Shown in pieces: positions 1 through 11,756 of a stretch of 64,000 nucleotides of DNA. This DNA comes from Fonticula alba ATCC 38817 (taxonomy: Eukaryota; Protista; Nucleariida), in the NCBI GenBank assembly GCA_000388065.2, contig KB932201.1. One strand, given 5' to 3'. The notes below the pieces were generated by a model, which did no database searches, was not told where the DNA came from, and worked only from the letters and a program-made list of their open reading frames with translations. A program made the translations under genes and the position numbers. The first letter of the stretch is position 1. Each line of letters begins with the position of its first letter.

Positions 1-29
1 CACACACACACACACACACTGTCTATCAG

Positions 30-3000
30 CCGCCCACCTTTTCCCCGGTCCCGATGGTCTCCTCTCGCGGCCTGACCAAGTCCAACTCCTCGGACTCGAC
101 TCCCCTGCTGGGATTCGGCGGGTCAACCTCTGCCTCACCGGCCCTGCGATCGTCCTTCTTCCCGTCAACCACCTCTCTCGGGTCATCGGGCCTCTCCTCC
201 TCGACGACACAGCTCCCCTCGTCCGCGGCCGCGGCTGCGGCGGCAGGCGGTCCCAATGCCGGCGCTGCCGCCGGCGGGACCCATCTCAGCTCGAAGGACG
301 CCCGCGTGGACAAGAAAATCCGTCGCGGGGGCGTCTACCTGTCCATTTTGCTGGTTCGCTCGGACGACGAGCGCATTTTGACCAACACATCCACCGGCCT
401 GCTGCCCACGGTGAAGGTATGTCCCGGGCTCTCCTCTTTGTGTGTGTGCCCACCGCGGTTGCCGCTTGCCAAGCCGGCCCCGGACCCCGCCTCCCCCTCG
501 GCAAATGCCGCATCCATTGACCTCCTTCCCTCTGGCCACCGCCCCCCTATTCTTCTTCCTCCTCCTCCTCCTCCTCGTCCTACCCCCTGCGGGGGCTCGT
601 TCGCGCACCCAGATCTGCGGCGACCACCCGCATCCCGACCAGCTGGACTCGGCCAGCGCGGAGTCCCATTGGATGCTTCGTCTGTCCAAGGACTGGGAGG
701 CCCCGGTGCGCTCGGTGTCGGCATATTCGAATGCGGAATTCCGGTGTCCGGCGCTGGTGGAACGCATGGCCCGGTCGGCCAGCCGGTCCTCCGAGGATGC
801 ATCTTCCTCCCTGGGCCCGAAGCCCCCCGTGGCCAGCGAGGCGGCGGCCTCGTTCGGCATTTCGGCCGACGCCCCGGTCCCCCGGCAGCCGGCCATGGAT
901 GCCGAGCCACTCGACTCGGCCTCCACCCAGTCTCTCTTCGGGTCAACCTCGTCGCTCGGCAGCGCCAGCGCCAGCGGCGACGGCAGTGGCCGGCACTCGG
1001 CCACCGACGAGGAAGATGACGATGACACCCCCTCGATGGCGTCCATCGCCGATCGCCGGGTGGTATCGCTGTCGCCGCTGGACGTGCCTTTGGAAGGCAC
1101 CGGGGCAGCCGGGCCGTGGCGCGGGGGCCCAGCCTTCGGCGGTCGGTCCCTTTCCGGGACGCTGCTGCCGGACGGTGCGGGCCCCGGGGCCGCGGCGGCG
1201 GCGGCCGCCGCCGCCGCCGCCGCAGCCACCGGGCCATCCTCGCGTACCCTGTCGCCCCTCGGCGGGGAAGGCCTCTCGGGGACCGCCTCGCCGCTGACTC
1301 GCAGCACCTCGTCTCTGGGGATGAGCGGGGCCCCGGTCTTCTCGCCGCGCTCGGCCCAGCGGCGCCTGTCCAGCCCGCGCTTGCCCTCCTCCCCGGGCCC
1401 GGCTGGATCCGGCCCCGGGACCGGGGGATTCTTCGCCGCGAGCCCGGTTCGGTCACCCTCCTTCGTGCTGGCCTCCCCCGCGCAGGATGGCGGCCCGCGG
1501 CCGATGATGCGTCAAACATCCAGCATGTCCCTGACCGAGGCCCTCGGCACCTCCTCCATGTCCCTGAATGCCATCCTTGGCGGCGGGCCGCTGAGCATGT
1601 CGGGCGAACTGGGCGACTCGGCTGAGTCGCTTTTTGTGCCAGAGGTGAGTTGCTTGCGGCGATCGCTTGTCTGCTCTCTTCGCGTATCCGGCCCCTTGTC
1701 CTGGCCTTCTGCTGCCGGGCTTCATCCCGCCAGGCGGTCTATTGCCACTCGTACTCACGCGCTCCCCTGCCCCCCCTCTCTCTCTCTCTCTCTCTTGCTC
1801 CTCCTCCTCCTCCCTCCCCTGCACGGGCCTTAGACGTCGGCTGCGCTGGACTTCGCACAAAAGGCCGCCCCGGCATTTGAGCGCCTCTGCCTCGGGCTTG
1901 GCCTGTCACACTTGGGGTACTTCTGTCCGGAGCCCTTCCATCTGATCCACAAGAATGCCACAGTCTACATGTTTGTCCGCCGGGTGGCCGACCCAGACGC
2001 GTACCTGCGACAGCTGGAGGCACACCGGCGCTCGGGGCACCTGAAGTGGCGAGCCATCGGCCGGCTGTCGCATCGTGCTCTGAGCCCGGACCAGCTCCTG
2101 TGTGAGTCGGCCTTGCGGCATCGGGCGGCGGCGGCGGCCGCCGCGGTCGCCGCCGCCGCCCCCCGCGGCGTCGGAGTCGGCCATCCGTCACACGGACCGG
2201 GCTCCGTCGGCAGCGGCGCCTCGTCCTCCTCCTCTTCCTCGTCGGCGGCCGACCACCGTGGATATGGCTTGCAGATGTTCGGCCAAGTGGGGTCCCGTTC
2301 GCCCGGGCTCACGCCGCAGGGCCAGCTGGCGCACATGTCGGCTGCCGATGCCACACGGGCCGCCGAGCTGTCGGCATCCATGCCGCTCTACCTGCGGCCG
2401 ATGGACCAGATCACGGCCGGGTGCGCGGTCTCCTCTGACGGCCTGTACGATCCGACGTGGCCTTTGTGGTCGGAGCACTCGCAATTGAGCACGAGTGCCC
2501 TGCGTCGGCTGCCGGCCGGCCTCTATGTGGGGCTGCTGCTGCATGGCGCGGGGATGGTCTCCTCAACCGGGTTCTTCCCCGTTCAATCGATGACGGTCTT
2601 CGTGCCGCGCTACCACCGGGAGATGATTCCGGTGATTCGGGTGCGCGATGAGGCGCGCATCACCCCGGCCGAGTGGGACTGCACCACCTCCGGCCGGTAC
2701 CCGCATGACGCCGCGTCGGATGCGCGCCTCGGCGCGCATGCGGCCTCCATGATGGACCTCAGCGCTCTGACCGCCGGGGGCGCGGGCTCCGGGAGCCCGG
2801 GCTCCGCCTCGCTCGATGAGTATGCCCTGCAGTTGGCTCGGGCCGTGCGCCGGCTTCAGCGCCTGACCGGGATCTACTTCGACCCGCAGCGAGCCCTCTA
2901 CTCGCCGGGCCCGGTGGATGTCGACACGTCGGGTGTGCTGGCCGCCATGTCCGGTGGCAGCGCCGCCAACGCCGGATCCAACAGCCCGGAGCTTGGTGGC

Positions 3001-3999
3001 GCCGGGACCATGCATTCGCCTGCTTCGGGGGCCTCCTCCTCTCCGGGGACCGGTGGCCCGGGGGGGACCCGGCCAGCCAGCATCTCGGTCCCCGGTGGCG
3101 ATCACCATCCCCCCTCGTGCATTGGCTGCCCGAGTTGCGGCCGTGTCCGGGTGATCCTCTTCATCCAGGAGGCCACGCGCGAGATGCAACTCCCGGCGGC
3201 GGCCCCTGCGCCCGGGGCAGGCTCGGCACCCGGTGGCCTGGCCGGTGCCAACTCCCTGCCGACATCCCGGAGCCCGGGCGCTGGTGGCCCCAACCACACG
3301 CTGCTCTACAGCGATGAGGAGGAGGCCCCCTCGGGGTCGGATGTGTCGGCCACCGGGCCGGGCCTCGGGTTGTCGGGGCTCGCGCCATCGCACCGTCGTC
3401 GCCAGGTCCCCGCGTCGCACATCAGCCCGGACTTGGTGCCTGTGCCGCTGGCTCTTTTCGAAATCGCCCACCAGCATGTGTATCGCCATATGCAGTTTAC
3501 CCCCCTGCGCCGGGCCACCATTCGCCTGGAGTTGGCCATTCATGGGCTCAACCAGCGCCTGTTGAGCTTGGGTCAGAAGCCGCCGGCTGGGGCTTCCTCA
3601 AGTGCGGTCGAGCGCTTCCACACCGAGCGCGAGGCCCTGCTCGGCCGTCTGGGAGCCCTGCGCGAGGAGTTGGCCTCGCATCGGGATGCCTGGCGTACAT
3701 GCCAGTCGGCTTCCTTGTCGCCCTCGGAGGAGAGCACCGGCGGGGCACAGGCCGCCCTCACGGTGACCGGGGCCTCCGGCGGGACCACGGTCTACCCCCG
3801 GTCGATGGCCATCGACCGGTCAGCCACCGCCAGCAGCCTGGATCTCTCCGCCCCGCCGGCCGATGTCCCGAGCGAGGCTGCCCTGGCTGATGCTTCCTTC
3901 TCCGGGGTCAGCTGGTCTTTGCGAGCGCTCGACTGGGAGCGTGACCGAGTTTGGAAGGAGAGCGGCTTCGGCTCACTGTCTCACCCGATGCTTCATTAG
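30..3999 (+). CDS. ANKFN1: ANKFN1 / Wide-awake (Banderuola)-like protein, C-terminal part; exons 30-416, 613-1644, 1834-3999; 5' exons lie upstream of the window
   Basis: The spliced frame stays open across GT-AG introns 417-612 and 1645-1833. Blocks match, in order, the conserved C-terminal region of animal ANKFN1 as I recall it: KIRRGGVYLSILL..ILTNTSTGLLPTVKIC (cf. KRGLYIAVIF..ILVTNEDQVPIVEI), HWMLRLSKDWE, LGLSHLGYFCPEPF, RRLPAGLYVGLL..IPVIRVRDEARITPAEWD (cf. RLFPGLYLGYL..VKIRENNNISREEWEW), VPLALFEIAHQHVY, WSLRALDWER. The ankyrin and FN3 domains are not in the window. Confidence 0.75.
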
Positions 4000-4819
4000 T
4001 TGCTGTCGGTCCGAGTGCGTGAGCCTGTGCGTGTGCGTGTGCGTGTGCGTGTGCGTGTGTGTGTATGTTTGCGCATGGAGCGGGACGTGTGCCCTCTCTG
4101 TCTCCCCGTGCATCAGCATCTGCACCCACATCCATGTGCATGCGCACATCCTCCCCGGCCTTCCTCTTGCGAATGCCTTGGGTCGGCAATCGCGCGCGAT
4201 TTTGACCTCTTTTTCCTCCAGCGCGCGGTGCCTGGCCTTCTCCGGGAGCCACCCTTGTCCTTGTATTTCCCCCTCCCTTCTCTCCGCAACTTCCCTTGTC
4301 TCCTCCCTTTCCCCGTGTCCCCTTCCTTTCCCCTTGCCTCCTTCTCTGCTCGCGGGGCAAATGTGCGCGTCCATTTGCGCGCATGTGGTCCTGCGCTCGT
4401 CTGCCCCCTTTCTCTTTCTCTCCCCCTCCCGCCCCCTGGAACAATATATATATAGATATCTGGCGAAATGTGGCTTTTCCCGTGGTTGGTGCATTTTATT
4501 CCATTTCCGCATGTCCTCAACTGCCACCGCTGGGACGGCTTCCTCGCTCTTTGCCCCGAACCGGTGGGGCCAAATCCCGGGATGCCGTCCTCCGGTCCGG
4601 ATACACCCATGCGATGGCCGTGCCCCTCCCTCTCGGTCTCTTGTGCTCTGGTACACCGGCTGGCCGATCACAGCATGCTGCCCCGAGATCTGGCATCGCC
4701 ATTTTCCAGGAAGCATCCTTGCCGGAACGCCGGGCACGGGGGTGGGCATCCCTCCTCTGCCTTTGCCTCGACCTACTTTTCCCGCGAACCTCCTCCCTTC
4801 GCCCTTCGCCCTCGGATAC

Positions 4820-5389
4820 ATGAAGCTTTCCATCGAGTTCCTTGGTGGCTGCGAGCAGCTTTTCGGCGGCGTCTCGCGGTGAGTTTCCCCTGCTTTCTCC
4901 CTCCGCCTCCTTCATCCACGCGCGCCGCACATCGCACCCACACACTGCCCCGGCTTGACCCTCGTCCCTCGCGCTCCTGTGTTTTTATTCTCTCGCTCTC
5001 TCGCTCTCTCGCTCTCTCGCCCCCCCTCCTCCCTCTCCCCTTTTCGGCCTTGCCTGGCCATCCACCTAACATCCCACCATCCCAGGCTCCTTGACCACGA
5101 CACTCCCCTTGAGGATGGGGCCACCATTCGGCACCTATTGGCCTACCTGCGCGATCACCACATGCGCGCCCGGCCAGACCTCTTTCTAGATGTCGGGTCG
5201 GCAGTGTCCGGTGCCACCACCCTCCCGGCGCCGGGCGCCTCCACCGAGGATGTCGATCAGCAGCTGTCCGTGCGACCGGGCATCATCGTCCTCATCAACA
5301 ACGCCGATTGGGAGCTTTTCGGCATGGAGGATTACCGCCTACAGGAGGCCGATCGGGTGACTTTCATTTCCACGCTCCACGGCGGCTAA
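4820..5389 (+). CDS. URM1: Ubiquitin-related modifier 1; exons 4820-4878, 5086-5389
   Basis: [17 protein letters not shown]...RPDLFL...[37 protein letters not shown]-stop. Diagnostic ISTLHGG C-terminus. GTGAGT donor at 4879, CTAAC branch point, CAG acceptor at 5085. Confidence 0.96.
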
Positions 5390-5474
5390 AGCAGGGAAGA
5401 GGCACCACCGGGGGCGGAGAAAGATGCAGTATGTGCATGCGCATGCACCCCTGGCGGCATGCTCCCCCCCCCCC

Positions 5475-5519
<45 letters not shown>

Positions 5520-6313
5520 CTTGAGCCGAGCGCCGGCACTTCTCCCATATGCCGACGTATGACATGCCAACCCTCTGCCCCTGCGAGCAAAACGCCCCCG
5601 CCGAGACAACGAATACACACCCGTCTACTCGGGCTGCTGGAGGGCCTCCGACAGTGGGTCTCCGTTCTTTTGTTCTTTTTTCTTTCCCCCTTCTCCAGAT
5701 CTGGGCCCTGGCGTGGCCGTGTCGGGGGGGGGCGGGGGGGCGGGAACTCGGGATGGGCTCGGGAATGTCCCGGGCCACCAGCCAGGCAGGGCGGCAGGCG
5801 GGGATGGGCGGGGGAACTATGCCCCTTCAGGAAAACCCGGCGGCGCCCTTCTCCAAGACCCATTTTCCGGATTGGGCAACACTCCCCCCTCCCCCCCCCC
5901 CGGTGTCTGGGGAGCTTGTGCGACGACCGAGCAGCACCTCGCCCGGACGTCTGCCCCAAAGTCACACCGCGGGCCCCTCGGCCGGCTTGTGCCCCCTCCC
6001 TCTCGGCGGCCGGCCACACTGTCGGCCCCGATTTGCAGGGCATCGGCCAGGGCACACCTCCAATGCACAAGTTCCCTCACCAGGAGACCCTGGATCTTGG
6101 GCGTTCCCCTCTCTGGCCCGAACTTTGTACCTTTAAGACTTGGGGGACTGATCCACCCCACAGTAACGACAAGTTACTGTTCTTCCCCCCTCCCTGCGCC
6201 CTCCTCCCTTGCTACCTCTTCCTCCCCGCCCCCGCCCCCGCCCCCCTCCCTTTCTTCCTCCCTCCCCCCCTCTCCCCCTCTCCCCCTCTACCCGTTCCAC
6301 CAGCCAGGCCGTC

Positions 6314-8178
6314 ATGAAATACAGCCAGGATAAACTACGCCTCAAGCTGAAGGCTTGCCTCTCGCGACTGAAGCTCCTTTACAACAAGAAGCGCGTGATG
6401 GTGGATGCCCAGCGACGCGAGATCGCCGAGCTCCTTCGCAACAACAAGGAAAACAGCGCGCGCATTCGCACCGAGCAGATCATCCGCGAGGATTACATGC
6501 TGGAGAGCATCGAGCAGGTGGAGGCCCTGTGCCAGCTCCTCCTGTCGCGCATCCAGCTGATTGACCTGTCCAAGGAGCTGGACGCGTCCATCGAGCAGAC
6601 GGTCCACACGCTGATCTACGCCGCACCGCGTATGGAGGCCAAGGAGCTGCTCGAAGTCCGGGCCATGCTGATCAACCGGTATGGCAAGCCGCTGGAGCGT
6701 CTTGTGCGCGAGAACAACATGGATCATGTCAATGAGCGTCTGGCCACCAAGCTCAATTTCCAGATCCCCTCGCGGCAGCTGGTTAACCGCTACCTGAGCA
6801 TGATCGCCGACACCTACAACGTTGAGTGGACCTGTCCGCCGGACATCGAGGACCCTTCCAACTCGGTGAGTTCCCTGGCGCGCGCGCTCTCTCTCTCTCT
6901 CTCTCATTCTTGCACGCACGCTGCCCTTTTGCCCTGCCAGATGCCCATGCCCCCCCCCCCCCNNNNNNNNNNNNNNNNNNNNNNNNNNNNNNNNNNNNNN
7001 NNNNNNNNNNNNNNNNNNNNNNNNNNNNNNNNNNNNNNNNNNNNNNNNNNNNNNNNNNNNNNNNNNNNNNNNNNNNNNNNNNGGGGGGGGGGGGGGTAGA
7101 GAGCCCCTAACTCTGACCCTTCTCCCTGCCCTCCTGCCCTCCCCCTCTCTTTCCTTCGTCTCGGCCAGTTTGATCCCTCCTTCCTTGGGCCGAGCCTGGG
7201 CTCAGCGCTGCCCTCCTCCCACCCGGTGCACCCGAACTTCCACTCGTACCAGCCGACCGCCAGCCTGCAGCCGGGGCTGGCGGATCCTTCATTCCTGCCG
7301 CCGGCCCCGACCGGCGGCCCTGGTGGCAGCCCCGGCGGCGGTCCCGGAGCCCCCGGCGGCGGCGGCGGCGGCGGCACTTCGCTCCTGAGCAACTACCTGG
7401 CCACGGTCGGCACGCCGGGCTCTTCCGGCTCTGCCAGCCCAGCGCCAACCCCGGCCACCATTCCTCACATCGGCGGGACGCCCACCTCTCCGGCTCCGCT
7501 GCCAGGGTTCGGCATGCCGAGTGCCCCGGCGGCTGCGCCGATTGTCGCCGGGGGGCCGGTCGAGCCGATGCTCTCAATGCCCCCCCTGCCGGGGACCGCC
7601 GCGGCGCCGATCCTTCCCCCGGTGCCCCAGCAGCCGTCGTCCCAGGCGCATCAGCATGCCGCGCCGCACCCCGAGGCTGCGGCCCTCTCGCCGGTGCGTG
7701 TCTCACATGGTGGCCCCTCGCGCCAGCGTCTTCTTTCCGGCCGGGAGGAGGGGGGAGCTGGGTTTCCTACTCCCGCCGGACCTAGCCCGCCCCTGCGGGC
7801 GCTCCGCTGCTTCATTGCCGCCACATGAGGGCACCCTGCAGGGCGCCCTCCATCCCATCGGCTTATCTGACACCAATGACTTCCTCTCCCCCTGCTGCTC
7901 GGTGTCGACAGCGCGCTCCGCCGCCCCACTCGGACAAGGCAGCCTACTTCATGGGCCCCGCCGGGTCTGGAGCCCCGGCCGGCTCCGCGCCGCCCTCCTA
8001 CCCGCCGGATGCCTTTGATCTGCCGCCGCCGCCGCCGACGCACGTTCCCTCGGCTGGTGGCGCTCCATCGGCCCCGGGCGCCGATGGGTTCCCTCCCCCG
8101 GAGCCGCCCTCGGTTGACGATGACGACATGTACATGAGCCTGCTGGCCAAGCGCCTGAATGATCTGAACAAGCGGTGA
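6314..8178 (+). CDS. IST1: IST1 homolog (ESCRT-III-associated); exons 6314-6865, 7169-7693, 7912-8178
   Basis: The N-terminal domain KLRLKLKACLSRLKLL..RREIAELL..SARIRTEQIIREDY..LIYAAPR..ELLEVRAMLINRYG is typical of Ist1. A Pro-rich linker follows, then C-terminal MIM-like motifs (FDLPPPPPTHVP; SLLAKRLNDLNKR-stop). Intron phases are compatible. The first intron contains a 120-N gap. Confidence 0.93.
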
Positions 8179-10655
8179 GTCCCAGGGCCACCCTCAAAAA
8201 AAACCCCGGCAGCGAGAGCCTACCGGCGCGTGCGATTGCGAGTGCCCCTCCCCCCTCCTCCGGCGCACCTTGAAGCCCCTTCGGGGGTTGGGGGAGGGGA
8301 GGCGGACAGCAAAATGCAGAGCGTTCCCCCCCCCCCCTTTCGCTCCGCCCTTGTGCCCGTCCGCCGACTTGAAGAGCAACCGTGCGTGGGTGAGTCCTGT
8401 GCACTTCCCTTTTGTACCATAAAATTCAAAAATAAAGCTACGCACCTGCATGCGCATCGTCCCCCGGCCGGCGGCTGCATACCCCCCCCCCCCCCCGTCC
8501 CACCTGGGAGATCGATCGAGGTGTCGAATCTCCTCACGCTGCGGGGGAAGGGGGGGGGCGGTGTTCTGGCCACTGACACGGATGTTGAAGGACCGCAAGA
8601 GGGGGCGGGCCGGGGCAAATCTCTGCCTTTGGGCCAGGTCAGCCAGGGACTTCCCCCCCCCTCCCCGCCTCGCCTTTTTCCTCGACAGAGATCTCCCGAG
8701 GGAGAGAACGTGGTCCGATCAAAAAACCGCCACCCAAGCACTTTGGTGGGCCATGGCGGCTCCTCCAGCATGTGGGAGCCGGTAAAAGAGCATCTATTTA
8801 TTTGTAAATAAGAATACCGATCATGTCCTGGGCTCTCGTGATTTGCCGGACACACTGCGGCTGCCCCTGCCGCACCCTGCCGCGCTGGTTCCGGCGGAGG
8901 GGGGCGCGCGCGCGCGCGCGCGCGCGGAGCACCGCCAGGCGGGCTGCAAGCCAGGACAGCGTGGGTTCTTCCCGGCCCTGTGTTCTGGCGGCGCGGGAGA
9001 CCGGGGGTGCATTTAGTCCGCGCTGCTCGCGGCCGGCAGGTGGACGCGCGGCGCTTACTCGCGCCCGTGGGGCCCAGCCGGCCGGGCGGATTCCCCCGGC
9101 CGGACACTCGGGTCGGGTGTCGACCCGCCGAGTGAGCAACAGAACTTCGGAGATAAACCGCCCCCCCCCCCCCGCCCCCCGGGGGAGGGGGCGGGGATAT
9201 GCGAGCATGGTCTATCTCCCAAGGGAGCGAGGGGAAGGCATGCGTTCATCCATCCCCGGAAACGCGTGGTGGTCGGGGCGCTTGATGGTGCCGTGCGCGG
9301 TCGGGAGCCGGCGGCCGCGCGTTCGCTCTCGCGACCAGGGGAACCCGTCTGGGCGGGCCTGGAACAGGGCTGGCGGCGTGCCGGCGTTGCGGGCGACAAC
9401 AGACGGGGGCTCGGGGGCCCACAACAAGCGATGCGCCCCTTGGGGGGGGGGGGGGCGAGGACGCCGGCGTCGCTGGGCTCTGCCGAAATCGCGGCCGCCA
9501 GTGTCCGTGGGGTGACGGCGGCGGGAAGAGGGGGGCGCGGCGGGAATGTGGGCTGACCACCCCCGGCCTGGGCTCCACATGCCGTTCCGGCGACCGGTCC
9601 CTGGTGGCCTGACCGGCTGGGGCCGTCTCAGCGTTGTCGCCCCCCCCCCCCCATCCCGCCCCTTCGGGTGCGGGCAGGACCGTCGCCCACCTTCTCTCGT
9701 ACGACTGACCGCCAGTTGGCGTGCTGCCTCCGGGGGTCGCCAGCGGCCTGCTTGTCTTTTGCCGAGTCAGGCTCTGGAGGCCCCCGATGGGGGGGGGGGG
9801 GGGAATTATCGGGCGTTCACCAGGTGGGGGAATGTGTGTACGCTCCACAGGCGAAAAACGCGCCGCCCCCCCTCCCCGTCCTCGGGCAGCTGGTTCCGCT
9901 TCCTGGGCTGCATCCGCATGTGGTGAGGCCGGGCCGGGCTCCCCCTCGGGGCGCTGCTCGGCCGGGAGAGCGGCACCCGGAGGCCAGCCCAAATGCTCGG
10001 GGTCTGTCTCCCGTCGCCGGGATGCCCCGCCCCCCCCCCCCCCCCCTCCTGCCCCCTACACTCCCTCCCTTGGCAGCCGCCTCCAAGCAGCCAACTCTCC
10101 CGCCGCCGGCGTGCACGATTCCAAAGAGCATGATGAGATTCCCGTCGGGGACCAGGTGTGGGCCGCCGGGCAGGGGGCCTCCGGCCACGTCCCGGGCTCT
10201 GTCCGGTTCTTCGCGAGGGGAGGCCTTCCGGGCCAAGTGTGTCAGAGCAGGAGGCGTTCCTGCCGGGAAGCATCGGCGAATGGGGGGGGGGGGGAGGCGG
10301 AGGACGGCACGGGGCCCGGGGCTGCGCCGGGCGCGCCCCATATCATCCCATCCACCCCGGGGGGGTTGTTTTTGTTTTCTTTTCAATATCTCCGCAGGCC
10401 AGGCGGCCGCGCCAACCCACTTCGCCGTCCATGCTACTGGGCTGGTGTGTGCTTGTGTAAGTGTGTGTGTGTGTGTGTGTACGCGCGCGTGCACCTGGCA
10501 ATGGATTCTGCCACATCGGGGGCCTCGGACCGGTGAATGGGTTATTATTTAGGTGTGTCGGACCGTCGCCCCCTGCCAGCTTGTTGGCGGGGCTGTGTGT
10601 GCGTGTCTCCGGGCGTGTGTGTGTGTTCATTTCCATGTCAGCTCCAGACAGACAC

Positions 10656-10658
<3 letters not shown>

Positions 10659-10716
<58 letters not shown>
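10659..10716. repeat. (GT)n microsatellite
   Basis: Perfect TG dinucleotide run. Similar runs occur at 1-19, ~13007-13036, ~28655-28684, ~29766-29802 and ~47220-47245. Confidence 0.92.
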
Positions 10717-10717
<1 letters not shown>

Positions 10718-10818
10718 CGAGTCCCTGGCATGGTGTGATCTCTTCGGTCACCCCGCCGAGGCGTCGCTGGCCCCGGGCACGGAAGCATCCCCACACAAGC
10801 ACCCCCCCCCCCCTCCCC

Positions 10819-11671
10819 NNNNNNNNNNNNNNNNNNNNNNNNNNNNNNNNNNNNNNNNNNNNNNNNNNNNNNNNNNNNNNNNNNNNNNNNNNNNNNNNNN
10901 NNNNNNNNNNNNNNNNNNNNNNNNNNNNNNNNNNNNNNNNNNNNNNNNNNNNNNNNNNNNNNNNNNNNNNNNNNNNNNNNNNNNNNNNNNNNNNNNNNNN
11001 NNNNNNNNNNNNNNNNNNNNNNNNNNNNNNNNNNNNNNNNNNNNNNNNNNNNNNNNNNNNNNNNNNNNNNNNNNNNNNNNNNNNNNNNNNNNNNNNNNNN
11101 NNNNNNNNNNNNNNNNNNNNNNNNNNNNNNNNNNNNNNNNNNNNNNNNNNNNNNNNNNNNNNNNNNNNNNNNNNNNNNNNNNNNNNNNNNNNNNNNNNNN
11201 NNNNNNNNNNNNNNNNNNNNNNNNNNNNNNNNNNNNNNNNNNNNNNNNNNNNNNNNNNNNNNNNNNNNNNNNNNNNNNNNNNNNNNNNNNNNNNNNNNNN
11301 NNNNNNNNNNNNNNNNNNNNNNNNNNNNNNNNNNNNNNNNNNNNNNNNNNNNNNNNNNNNNNNNNNNNNNNNNNNNNNNNNNNNNNNNNNNNNNNNNNNN
11401 NNNNNNNNNNNNNNNNNNNNNNNNNNNNNNNNNNNNNNNNNNNNNNNNNNNNNNNNNNNNNNNNNNNNNNNNNNNNNNNNNNNNNNNNNNNNNNNNNNNN
11501 NNNNNNNNNNNNNNNNNNNNNNNNNNNNNNNNNNNNNNNNNNNNNNNNNNNNNNNNNNNNNNNNNNNNNNNNNNNNNNNNNNNNNNNNNNNNNNNNNNNN
11601 NNNNNNNNNNNNNNNNNNNNNNNNNNNNNNNNNNNNNNNNNNNNNNNNNNNNNNNNNNNNNNNNNNNNNNN
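10819..11671. other. Assembly gap (853 N); other gaps at 6963-7082, 17801-17810, 48916-49345, 54549-55233, 60118-60351, 60873-61030
   Basis: Runs of n in the sequence. ORFs in the supplied track that cross them are artefacts. Confidence 1.
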
Positions 11672-11756
11672 CTCCCTTGCATCTTCCTCCCGGGCCTTTC
11701 TCTCACCGATCGCTCCCCCCCCCCCCTCTCGGGGCGCCCCTTCGCCTGGCGAACAG

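Noticed and set aside
6160-6180. Perfect 8-bp hairpin ACAGTAAC-gacaa-GTTACTGT upstream of IST1
   Set aside because: One short stem is expected by chance in 64 kb, and it shows no ncRNA family features.
8179-10818. Several 100-300 aa ORFs and exon-like AG..GT segments between IST1 and the sulfatase
   Set aside because: No sulfatase N-terminal motifs or other family signature, and the composition fits intergenic or intronic sequence. Small 5' exons cannot be excluded.
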